64,000 nucleotides of DNA from Tubiluchus corallicola. Lineage: Eukaryota > Animalia > Priapulida. Below the pieces are notes generated by a model that was not told where the DNA came from, ran no database searches, and was given only the letters and a program-made list of their open reading frames with translations. The translations under genes and the position numbers were made by a program. The stretch is from NCBI GenBank assembly GCA_030141605.1, contig JAQGDQ010000217.1, positions 186,001 to 250,000 of the forward strand, read 5' to 3'. Shown piece by piece: positions 52,205-64,000 of this stretch. Each line of letters starts with the position of its first letter. Position 1 is the first letter of the stretch.

Positions 52205-54923
52205 TCACGGAGAACTTGCATCACAAAACTGAATCACTGCAAAATTTCCGCTGGTCATCCAATCTCTTTCCCTTTTCTCAGCATCGCTGTCCTGTCCCGG
52301 CTTTAGCCCCACCACTAAATCTGCTTTAAGTGTCCGTAGCACACAAAGCGGAGCTGGAGCAAAGCCACGCAGCGATTCAGAAAATGGGGTAGTATGCGGC
52401 CACTGCAGATCTTTGGTGAGCTTTCTGTAATTGAGATCACCCTTAAATATGATCAACCCAGACTGTGAAAGGTCAGAAAACAAGTGCGAATCCATAGAAT
52501 TCATTTCATTATAGTCGTGCGGCATAGTCCAGAAATCTTCCTCTGACAAGACGAATGAACCATCTTTCAGACGCTGGTGCCATCTCGTGCCCAACTCTGA
52601 CATCGACTTGTTGTTTGAGGCACGCAAGATTTCTAGTGTCCACCAGAAATCCTGTGCAGTGGAATCTGACACGAACCAAGGTATGATCTTTGCATGCAAG
52701 TGTACCTTGCTGCACAAGTCCATTTTTATTAAAAATTCAGCTAAGCACAAATCGCCAAATAATTCAAAACCAGCATTGTCCAATATGATATCTATACGTT
52801 TTACACTATGCTTATGCTTAGCAGTTGATAAATAATGCCAAATACAGGGAATATCGTCCACAAGTAGATATGGCTGGAGATCGTCTAGCTGTTCTAGCGG
52901 ATCACGCTGTTGATAGTTCTTCTCTCCACCACTTATAGACAAGTCACATCTGTTACCCCACAGCGAAAGCTGAAAGTAAAATCTCCTAATTATCATGTAA
53001 AACTGAAAAAGCACTAGAAAAAATTGCATAGCAATCTATCTCAGCATTTGACATTGCTACCTTACATGACAGCAGGCTTACTGTTAATATGCAGTAGGAC
53101 TCTGTGTCAGTTTTCCACAGGCAATAAACGTTTTTAAACAATTTAACATAGAGTATAATCATGTGAACGCAATACAAAGCTATTTTATCGTATACTATTA
53201 TTATTATATATATTATTTCAAGGTTTTGAAACTCATTCTCTTTTTATACTGGCAAAGAGTCTATAACTAACACTACCATTGACACACCTTTTCTTAGTTA
53301 ATAAAATTACCTGTTAATTAATTTTTACTTTCCAGTATAATACATGTAAATATTGAAAATCAGCTATAAGATACAATTTTCCAAGTACATTACCTCCATT
53401 ATATGTCGAAAATCTTTTTCTACAGTTTCTGAATCACAATGTGCATTATTTGACAGCAAAGTAAGCAGATGTGTACCAAGTACAATCATTGCAGCCTGGG
53501 AACTCATAAAACCACTTCTCTTCTGTTCTTCAAATGGATCGAAATCCTTTAAGAATGAGCTAAAAATACGAGTTTAATCGTATAAGCATTGACATTGTCA
53601 ACTGATACACAAGAAGTTAGTAGCAAAAGAATCTATTAAGAATGAACTTTTTGTTATTATTGAATGATCAATCCACTGAGTTTTAAATGTCACAGCAAAC
53701 AGTGGACTTAATAAATTGACAAAACATATGTTGAGTCCAAAAATTCTTCCAGAAAAAGCACAAATAATGGGGAGGCAGAGGTGATCAATTTAGCTGAGTT
53801 ACCTCAACTGAAGAGCTTCTTGGATGCTCCTGTACATGAAACACTCAACGTAGAGCCAAGAAGCTGTGAACCAGCGTGGTTCAGCTTGCAGGTTGGCTTT
53901 CTCTTTCCTATAGAACTCATTCCACTGTTCAACGTCCCTTCTGCCATCAGTTAGCAGATACAACGGCTTGTTCGTCTGAAGTTCATATCGTAGTTTACTC
54001 ATCCGTCCTACAGTGGACTTAAAATCATCAAAGCCATCCTGAAATTTTAAAATTGTACATATGCAACAAAACACTATGAAGAACAATTAAATTATTTAGG
54101 CTTATTTCTTATGGCATCAATGTGATTATAGTAATAAGATTTAAAGCAAAAAGAAATAGCAAAGCAAGTTAGCTCAGTAATTATCAATATGTAGCATAAG
54201 GCAGACTATCATATTTTTTTAAGGTCATCCCTCATAAATGATAAATATTCTGTTTACAGAACACAGTTTCTTTTTTCAATTAGTTTCTTCACTTGTTTTT
54301 TTTAGTAACTTTGTAGCTTTCAAGGAAAGAAAAATACCTAATCCATTCCAACAACTGAATTATAAGGCAAAATAATTCACTAAATAACTATATTTTCCAC
54401 CAACAAATATATGAATTAAAATTCAAGTAAAATCACTTCTAATATAAGTTTGGATGTAATGCTAGAATGCAAGCTAAATGCTGACACAAATTTTGCACAT
54501 TTAGCCACAGGCAACTTAAACAGTAGAGCACTTATATTCAAAAACATTTAAAATTTCTTGAAGTTCCTTCTTCAACTTCCCCTAAAAAATTCAATATTTA
54601 TTTTTATAAAAAATGTCCATAAACCAATTTAAACAAAATTTAAACCAAATTTTACCATTTCTGAATCCAGATAATGTCAAACTTTGTTTAAACTCTCAGA
54701 ACTGCCAAAGACTCAGGGAAGACAATAAAAAATTTTGAAAATCAAATGACTGCCTTTACTTTTTTCTTTAATTCTGACTTCATAGCTGTTCATTTGATGA
54801 TAGCTAAGTAAGCTTACCTCTCCATATTTCTCACCCAACACATCTTTTTGTCTATATACCGTGTCAATTGCTTTTGTGAGAATTGAAGGAAGTCGGTCTT
54901 TCAGTGTTTTATATGCAAATGAT
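52205..54923 (-). CDS. ARMT1: Damage-control phosphatase ARMT1 (DUF89); exons 54923-54818, 54038-53803, 53559-53394, 52969-52205; short first exon not located
   Basis: Motifs SFAYKTLKDRLPSILTKAID, KLRYELQTNKP, WLYVECFMYR, DPFEEQK, SLWGNRCDLS, DIILDNAGFEL, PWFVSD, IIFKGDLNYRKL and RTLKAD; phases are consistent. Confidence 0.95.
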
Positions 54924-55440
54924 CTACAAAACATTTTTAGCATGCAAAGTGAAAATGTTCAAATGTACAAAAATGTTAAAATTTCGGGAATTTATTGTAT
55001 ACACCATTACACAAATGTTTCATATCAGGTCAGTGTTGGTTTTGTTATTTAGACAATAACTGTGTTATGACTGCACACTATGAACAGTAATTCACACTAC
55101 GAACACCTACTATAAATGGCAAAATGCATATTACCATGACAATAACGGCAATAATGAAAACTGATGGTTGTTAGCTTATCACAGGGCCCTCATAGGTTAG
55201 GTATAACAAAGTTTATATTCTTTTAGTAAAATGTGCTGATAATTTATTGGGATGTTGGAGAACAGCTACCAAATTCTTTCCTAACAAATTGTTTACTACA
55301 AGCCTGCAAACACCGCATAGAGCAAATTAAAAGCGACTAACTGCAAAGTGCAAACATTTGAACTATCATTAACATTTTAAATATGCAGAAATGATTTCAG
55401 TAAAGCCATTCAGATCACACACAGTTATTTTGTTTAGTCC

Positions 55441-55816
55441 TTCCAAAACATTCAAACATTCTTTAAAAACCGAAAAACATAGTCAGGCAACGAACAAGCA
55501 ATTATAATTCCGTTGATAACTTCTATCAATTTAAAAGGAGACCCAATAAATTTATCAGAAATGGTTCAGGCAAAACTTCTGTAGACACATCCATGACGTT
55601 TCAATGAATTTCTTGAAAAAAGAACATTCACTTTATTCCAAAACATTCAAACATTTTTTAAAAACTGAAAAACGTAGTCAGGTAACGAACAAGCAATTAT
55701 AATTCTGTTGATAATTTTTGTCAATTTAAAAGCAAACCCAATAAATTTAGCAGAAAGTGGTTCAGGAAAAACTTTTATGGGCGCATCCATGATGTTTTAG
55801 TGAATTTCTAGAAAAA
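55441..55816. repeat. Diverged tandem duplication, two ~195-bp units
   Basis: TTCCAAAACATTCAAACATT...GAATTTCT.GAAAAA starts at 55441 and again at 55636. Confidence 0.9.
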
Positions 55817-56469
55817 CGTAAATAAACTATGCACTGTATGCTTTCGCATTTTCATGATTTATCGTCGCCTGTTACAACGACGGTTTTACGGTGCTTCTGA
55901 AGCTTTGACTGGGCGACTGGCGTCGCCGTTCAGGAATGGGCAAACGCCATAATAACAAACAGATAAACATCACCAGAAATCGAATCGAATTTTTGGCTTT
56001 CAAAGCTTATCGTGTTGATAGTATGTTTTATTACTTTAATTGCACGTCATGCAAGTTCTCGACTTCTCGTCCCAAGTCCCAACTGAAGTTCGCTAACCTA
56101 TCATTTATGTCAGAGATTAATAATAATAATAATAATAATAGTTTTGCAAAAAATTTGCAAAGAACTGCCTATAAGGCATAAATTTAAAATATAGTCCTTC
56201 CGAATAGAAGTGGTTACTGCCATTCACTTAAAAATCATGACGCTCGTGACGTAACTGGGATTATAGCTGTATTTACCTGTCTTGAGGGTGGATTTCTTCT
56301 GTTTTGGAATACTGCCTGCCTAATGTTTACAATTGACGTAATGGGCATATGATGATGATGATGGGAGAGACTTCATGACTTTTTGCAAGCGCGCCTTGGC
56401 TTTCCGTAAGCATGCACTGCTTAAACTAATTCAAACTTCTGCAGCTTACCTAATGTTCACGCAAAAAAT

Positions 56470-57560
56470 ATTACATTAGAATAAGCATTGGAATTTACAT
56501 TAATGAGCCATGGCAATCAACTGGGCAATGTACAACAGAGGAGGCAACGGGGCACACCTAACAGGTGACGAATTAATTTACTTTCTCTTACTTTTTCCTT
56601 TATTTTTCTTCTTCTACACTTACTTAGATTAGTTACTTTAGAACATAGGCTTGAAAATAATTAGATGTGGAATATATCAGAATTATGGTCTAATACAATA
56701 TCTTTTAACATTTTTTAAAACTTGGAAACAGTGTGCTGATTTTTAATGTTGTCAGGTACACTGTAGATAATTCCAAATCAGAGGTCCGAAATCCGGAAGC
56801 AGTTTGTAATCAGCTTTATATACAGAGATTGCTATATTATTGCAAAGTACTACATTATCAGTGGAAAGAATTTTGCACTGCATAAATAGGGATTCATTGA
56901 CAATTGCAAATCTATTTAATCTGAAAAATAAACGGAAAAATTTTCTCTGGAGGGACATTAAAGAATTTAGATTAGTTGTATAAGTAATACCTCAAAGACA
57001 ACTGATATAATTTAGATAGGGATAAATTAAAGAATAATAAAGTGCTTGTAAATGGGAAGCAGACAAACAAAGGCTGATATGAGAAATTATTCCAATATTT
57101 TTAGCACTCAAAACTGACCATTTTAATATGAAAATTCCAATCAAGATGTTCGTGAAGGATTACACCGAGAAGTTTAGTAAACTGAACCCGTTCAATAGAA
57201 ATACCATCAATATACAAGTTAAAATTGGGGAGAATGGGTTTATTTTTAGAAGGAAACAAAATATATTTAGTTTTGCATGCATTTAAAGATAATTTATTAG
57301 CCTTAAAGGCTTAAACCAATTGGAGATATTATCTAAGCTGTTATTTATACTAATTAGATTGAAATTTAAGAAGTCAAAAAACAGAGTGTTATCAAACTGA
57401 ACTATAGTAGGGCAAATAAATTTTTTTTATGTCAATTATATGTATTAAAAAAAGAGGCTTTAAAATAGACCCTTGAGGGACTCTATAAGTAATTGGTAAT
57501 TAGAAGTGCAGTTATTTCATCTGACACACTGAGTACAATAAAGTAAATAACTACTTTGAC
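56470..57560 (-). mobile_element. Decayed 5'-truncated L2/CR1-clade LINE
   Basis: Minus-strand remnants VPQGSIL.PL (near 57484-57450), ANKLSLNACKTKYILF and TKLLGVILHEHLDWNFHI, interrupted by stops and frameshifts. Boundaries are approximate. Confidence 0.82.
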
Positions 57561-57860
57561 TTTGTCATTTATTTGTTACTCTTCGAAAGCCGTAAAAGAA
57601 TGAAATGTAAGCAACAGTCATTTCTATTATATCAAGTGGTTCTAAGAAAAGCCGCGTACACTTGCAAAGAAACTGCGAATATGAGATTCAATTATGAACT
57701 TCGAAGCCCTGGCTGTCGTACTCGTAAGCTGAACTAAACCATTGCCACTCGTATGAAAAAGTCTTGCACATTAAATTTTGTGATTTTGCGCCATAAAGGT
57801 TTGTCGTTTGTAAAGAAGAAAACGATCGGCGTGATTACTCAGTGATTAGCGATCATCTGA

Positions 57861-57884
57861 ATGGCGGCCGAATGCATCGGATAG
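57861..57884 (+). promoter_or_regulatory. Out-of-frame uORF (MAAECIG*) overlapping the spastin start codon
   Basis: ATG at 57861 lies 11 nt upstream of ATG 57872; stop TAG at 57882-57884. Confidence 0.6.
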
Positions 57885-60800
57885 GAAAGGATTCCCCTTT
57901 AAAAAAGAAGACAGACCGTGTAAAACGTGTAATTGAGCCCAAACGAGACAGAAAACCTCCACATAAAAGAAATCTGCGTGTTGTTTCTTATCCAATTGTG
58001 TTAGTGTTTCATTTCGTACAGTTTCTCTTATTCCAGTTCTTCATACACTTGGGTAGAGCGTTAGTTTTCGTTTGGAAACAAACACTAGACTTCTCACTTA
58101 GCGTCGGCAAAAATAAGAAAGACTCCGTGAATGCGCAGAGAGAAATTCCGCGTCATGTACAGTCAGCCAGTGTAACAACAGCTGTGAGTTTTATACTGTA
58201 GTAAATTGAAAGTTTTATTTAATGTAGTTTTTATTTAAAATTAATATGAGAAGGCACCATGCACGAGTTGTACTTGTAGGTCTTGATTTTATTGTAATGA
58301 AGACCATAATAGTTTTATTGTATTGATTTCTTTCTGTCGGTTTAAGGTGTAATAATAATAATACCATGAATAATATTTGGTTGTAAAAACCTGACATATT
58401 AGAAAGATCGAAGTATTTGAATTAAGCAGACATTGTGGAGATCTTTTTGAGGTTTATAAAATATTGGCTAGAAAAGAAAACATTTTGCATAACGATGACT
58501 ATGAATTTAATTTCACACATTAAAAATGCATCATCAGACACGTCAATAAATTTACAATGAAACAATTTGAGTAGTGCGAGGTGAGTGTACGACCATAAGG
58601 TCATTAACAGTAACATACTCACCTTACTTAAATGAAGTAGTTATTATAATGTGCATGATTATAATATGCATGCTTCTGTAGAAGCGTACAGTAAACTTAA
58701 TAATGTAACTGAGGAGGACCTAATAATAGCAATGACATAAGAGCAATAAAACTGTGAAGTTGAGAAAGGAAAACATAATATGTAATTACGACTTTGAGTG
58801 AGCCATGAAGAGTGAAAAAAATTTAAATAGTTACGAATTTGAATTATCTGATTATTTGTCAGCACAGTAACAAGTAGTAATATAACTACGTATTTGTATG
58901 TTAACAAATTTGTATGTATACTGGCAATTGCACATAGTAGTGCCATGATGATCCTTTAAAGCTGACAGTAAGTATGGAGATAGACTTTATAATATTATAA
59001 TTTATGAAATATTCTTTTATCTGCCTGAAAAATTCTTTAATGTAGTTGTAAAACTAGAGGACGTAGTATAAAGCTTTTTAAAGAGTGGTCACATCTTGAC
59101 ATTCATAAATATTCATTTACTATTTAATCTGCCTGTCATGGTAACTCCCGCACCAATCATGGTAAAGTTTAAATCCCCAATTGACAATTATTTTGTGTAA
59201 AAATATGGGGTTTTTATGAGTGTACTCGCTTAACCCCTAATCATAACAGTAGTATAACAGTATGATGTCAAAAATTGTTCGGCGCCATTTACCACACTAG
59301 CCACATACAGCACAATGCTATTCTTGGTTCAGGACAAATAGCGTGCGTATACCACGTGCTGCTCAATAACTGGGCTGCCCAGATACAGTGCTCAGTAGAA
59401 ACTGAGCTGAGTTTACATTAGTAGCAGTGTCCATTCTCCTTGTTTATTTAATAATAATAATTTAACATATCGATATAATTTAAATAGTTAATTAAATACG
59501 TTCGATAAAAAAAATATTATTAATTCTGAGCAGTTTGGTTGAGAATTAATTTAAATTGTCCAGCTTTTTAGGCAATAACAGTTCGTTAGGGTATGTCATT
59601 TTTATTTTGCCTCGCTTCATATGAAGTACAACGGTAAATGATCTGTTTCATTACCTTTTCGTCAAACATTATTTTTCTCTTAAGTGCGGTATAGGGCTAT
59701 TAAGCTCCTAACTGCGGTACGTAGGTTGGTCTCGTGAACCATTTGCCACCTTACTGCAGTATATACTATATAGGCTAGTGAACCAGTTGCCTCTCAAAGT
59801 TTTGTAATACATTACATGTCGCTTAATAGACTCACGTTATGATGGAAGTGTTGTTACCCAATTACCCGACTATTAGCCGACGGGTGTAGCCTATTACTGT
59901 AGAAGTATGAGTCATCACTCATCACCTTAGTATGCATGGCAAAGGCTTTAAATGTCAAAATTCCTATGTGCAATTATTTGAGAATACTAATTTTTATGTG
60001 AATTAATAAAAAAAGAAAATAAAAAAAAATCACACAAATCTGATTATTGCCACCAAAAATAACATGCACGATCGGTTGCTTCATTTCTTCATGAAGAAGT
60101 AGGCTTGTGAAATTCTCGTAATGATAAAAATGTTGAAAATCTGTTGCTGTATACTGTACATATTCACGCAAAACGACTAGTCTCCTAGTGCTTGAGCTAC
60201 AGTTGGTGATGATCTTGTTTCCACTGTGAAAAGCATCCGCAGCTTTAATACGAAGCAAATTGCTGGGCAAGTGATTAAATGTTTAGCTGCCAGAAACAGC
60301 AAGGTTAACTGCAGTGGACGATCTGGTGGCAGATTCAATGCAAAACCAATTAGCACATATGATGAAAGTATTGTACCTGCTTACAAACAAAGCTGTACTT
60401 AACATGACAGTTTCTACATACGTTACAGTTCACAAAATTGTAAAGATAGCATAAAAGCAGTGTAAGCTCTTTGGGGACGCGCAAGTATGTTGTTTTTAGT
60501 ACGCGAAGGAAAAATGTTGAGTCAGTTGTGCGGAGTAATTTCAGTCAATTACCGACAGTTTGAATAGGAGCGGCCTGTACCAGACGTTTTTGAGTCAGTT
60601 AGGCGAGTGTTTCTATTAACCGTGAGTCTAATAAACGGCACCTATTGTATATGGACAATGCTGCTATGTTGTCACCCTCCTACTTTAAAAAAAATATGCT
60701 GTATGCAATATTGCATGGATTAGTAAAATTAATTGTGTAGTGCTTTGCCTTTCCTAAGTGCTAAAAACATGTTTGTTATGTTTCCAGGCTGGCGAGCTGT

Positions 60801-63439
60801 TTGCTTCCTAGTATTTTGCATAAGCTGTGATTACTAAGGGCTTGGTTAGCATCTGTTTCACTTTTAAACTTGTAAATACTTCTGTAATAAGCAGTGTGAT
60901 ATCACCAGTCTCCAATGTGGCATTTGAATTTAGTGCATACATAGTAGCACGGCTATGGTAGAATGTTTAGTGCGGAGAACGGCGCCTAGTAAAAACTGAC
61001 AATGCTCGACACAGCCATACGTGAAAATGTGATATCACTATTAATTACACAAAACCATAATGCATTCTACAGCTAATCACAACTCAATTCGATCATTTGA
61101 TTAGAACTCAAGCACACATAACTATATAAGCACACATAATATTACTTAAGTAGGCTAATGGCAGGTTTGCGTACTGTACAATCATATAATAAGTTTAATA
61201 ATAGAAGGCTATTTCGAGTTAAATTGATCATTCTGGCATGAATTGCTCAGATTTACAATGCTTTAGTACAGTAACTCGTTGCTTAATGACTCCAGCAAAA
61301 CATGCCGTTAAGTGAAACATTGCTAAACGAAGCAATGTTGTCCATATGAAATCAATGGAAAACCATTCAATTGTGTGCCATGAGCAAAAATCAGTAGCTT
61401 TTGGCTATGTAAAAGTGTCCAGTTGTTTACAGGGGGAAAAAACCACCAACGGATAGTTACTTGAAAACTTCCTATTATGTTGCAAGAGAAAAATGAATAA
61501 TGCTTGGTGCATGAATTAAACACTTTATTGCTTACAGACATTAGCATTTGTTTAATTAAAAAGCTAAGGAGTAACCAATGTGTGCAAAAACTAAAATCTA
61601 ATTTTGAAACATAAGCTTTCTCCTCTGGTTGCTCTCCTTTAGCCATTTTATCCCTTTCGTTCCTTTTATTATTTTCATAAAAATCTAGTGTTGGTTGCTT
61701 TAATTTTTCCTTTTTTCAGCCAGCACTTCCTTATCACACTGTATGGCATTTACTATGGCCTGTCTCATCGTTTTCAATGTTATTTTTGTCACAGCTAATA
61801 TGCAAGTGAGGTGAATGCAGCAATTAGCTATGTTAGGTGAGAAGGTTTTATCAAATAGATAATTTTGTTTAAAGGTGGGAAAAATGATTGCGATCTGACT
61901 GCCTGCTATCAGTTTAGTTGGGGAAGTTATTAGGGTCGTATTACCCATACAATGATCTGGGTTAAGTAGTGGGCTTCATTTATGCTGTGCAAGCTCAATA
62001 AACAAGATGTAGTGTTTATAGTAAGGTTAAAAAAATCGTTGTTAAAATGAAACAAAGTGAAAAATATGTGTAAAAAATTAGTGTCATTAAAATGAAATGT
62101 TGCTAAGTGTTGTTAAGCAAGGACTTACTGTATGGTCTGTGAGGCGCCACACTACTGGTTTCAGACATTCCATTTTTTAAATAATAATGCTTCTGAAAAT
62201 GTACCAGGCACATCCTAGTTATCTTGCTAAAGTATATTGATATTGTGCTGCTTTCCGAGTTCTGCACTGAGTTTGCTGTATTGTTAAGTTTATGCAGTTT
62301 TCCAAATCTTAGATTTAGCATCTGTTAAAAATGCCAATTAAATCGGATAATAATATAATAGCTCGAGTTCTGCACTGAGTTTGCCGTATAGTTAAGTTTA
62401 TGCAGTTTTCCAAATCTTAGATTTAGCATCTGTTAAAAATGCCAATTAAATCGGATAATAATAATATAATAGTTCATTAAATGAGATTTTTCTCTAATAG
62501 AGGAGCACATTGTTAATTTCTCAGCCTGTTGGCAGTACAGTTCACTCTTACTGTTTGGCTTCTTTTTTTTCTTTAATTTCGTGCACCTGGCCAGGATCTT
62601 GCCAGCCCGTACTCCAGTAGTTCAATGATTCAATCATGATCCCCTTTGCAGTAGTAGCAAGCAGACATTAAGTGACTGTGAGATAAAATGACACTATTTC
62701 ACTTCTTTCATATCTTTAGTCCTTGTTCTCCTTTTGGTACTCAGCAATGGATTTAAGTGCTACTGATTATTGTTCGTACAGTTTCAATTTCTCCTCGTAT
62801 GTTCCAGTTCTGTGGCATTAACCAAGGGCATAGTCAAATAAATATTCAGAACTCAAATTCAGCTTTACATGTAAGAGAACTCAAATCGTCTTTATTCGAA
62901 TTTTTTTGATTGTGTTTAACTATTAAAATCTTGAAACTGACTTTCAAAGTCTCTCTTTAACTTCCTTAGGAAATTTTAGTGCTTCTAAGTCTTACTTTCT
63001 CCCCAGACAAGATTTAGTACTAAGTGTTTTTATGCCCATGACATGTCTTCAAAAGAAAATCTCAGAGAAGCCATTTACTACTCTGAACATTTATCGGATT
63101 CTGATCCGGCTCTGTGTATCCAGACTTGATTTGGATCCGGCAAAACAAGATCCAGTCATTTCAGTGTTACCCTATTAAGGATGCATTTAAAAGAAGAAGC
63201 TTAGTTATGGCTAATTGATAATGATAAAAGTATTTTGTATAATATTAACGTGAAAATAGTTATTACTTCTGTATGTTCTGTATTAATATATGCGATTATA
63301 TTTTGTTAATAGGCTGTGCCCATGGACAAGGCGGTTAGTAACGAACCAATGGATAAAATCCTAGAGAAACAAAAACAGCATCACAAGAAGGCATTTGATT
63401 ATATTTCACGAGCACTTCACATAGATGAAGATGACCATG
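57872..63439 (+). CDS. SPAST: Spastin, first two coding exons (57872-58183, 63313-63439); gene continues right of the window
   Basis: Exon 1 has the spastin hydrophobic-hairpin signature PHKRNLRVVSYPIVLVFHFVQFLLFQFF. Exon 2 begins the MIT domain KQHHKKAFDYISRALHIDE. Phase-0 GT-AG junction. Confidence 0.92.
59810..60647. mobile_element. Tigger/pogo-like non-autonomous element
   Basis: TA flanks; imperfect ~27-bp TIRs ending TAGACTCACG / CGTGAGTCTA; minus-strand remnant LVVLREYVQY...KQPIVHVIF resembles a pogo transposase C-terminus. Confidence 0.7.
61269..62130. mobile_element. Tigger/pogo-like non-autonomous element
   Basis: TA|CAGTAACTCGTTGCTTAATGAC at the left and GTTGTTAAGCAAGGACTTACTG|TA at the right. 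Confidence 0.8.
62256..62470. repeat. Near-identical 108-bp tandem duplication
   Basis: CGAGTTCTGCACTGAG...GGATAATAATAT at 62256 and 62364, with about 2 substitutions. Confidence 0.93.
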
Positions 63440-64000
63440 GTATGAATTTTTTAATATCGCCTTCCAATAGTCCATAGTTTACAAAAAACAATTGTAGGGC
63501 AGACTGCGACATTCATCAAATTTTCTTAAATTCTAATCGCGTTTTGCTCAGTATCGCATTACTGCGAAACTGATTTCATCAAAAGAGCATTTTTCATTGC
63601 CTGATGTATTTTTAAGCTTTTCGTGCTGAGTTCAGTGAACAATCACAAATGGTTTGCCACAAAGCTCTTTATAGAATGATTGATCTAACATCGTTAACAA
63701 AATTGCTTCCGAATCAACACGTCAGTATCCTGTGTAACTTCAGTGAGAACTGGGCAAGCACCCAGAAGGAAATATTTAAGCCCATATGTTCATGTTTTTC
63801 TGTAGCTTGCTCTTGTACTTGCTTCACAGTACCTTGCTGTTATTTGTATTTAAATGCAAAATCCTGTTTGCTAGTGAGCTTTTGAATTTTGTTTGAAACT
63901 TACGATATAGTTTTTAGTCTCTAGCATAGTTTTAAACTCAGAAGAAATATTCTGTCATTGTGAAAGGAAGTCGCTGTCTTTCATTTACTGAAAACTATGT

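Noticed and set aside
1-64000. tRNA, rRNA, snoRNA or CRISPR arrays
   Set aside because: No cloverleaf, rRNA-like sequence or repeat-spacer array seen; scattered TGATGA/CTGA boxes lack terminal stems.

Overview
AT-rich, intron-dense invertebrate (probably spiralian/protostome) genomic DNA. By hand-splicing I find five protein genes: the 3' end of ATG2 (+); a complete 25-exon Son of sevenless RasGEF (-); a ~1,410-aa MBD-PHD-F-box-LRR gene (+); ARMT1/DUF89 (-, first exon not located); and the 5' end of spastin (+). There are also decayed LINEs, several TA-TSD and hAT MITEs, and tandem repeats. Highlights: (1) the MBD-PHD-F-box-LRR gene looks like an FBXL19/KDM2-type SCF adaptor carrying a methyl-CpG-binding domain where those proteins have CXXC. 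(2) Its MBD core is encoded by two tandem, phase-matched, mutually exclusive exons that swap the DNA-contacting loop. (3) A motif-rich candidate internal promoter lies upstream of those exons. (4) SOS contains an AT-AC minor-spliceosome intron. (5) Spastin has an out-of-frame uORF overlapping its first ATG, recalling the M1/M87 control of mammalian SPAST. All exon structures are manual predictions without transcript data.
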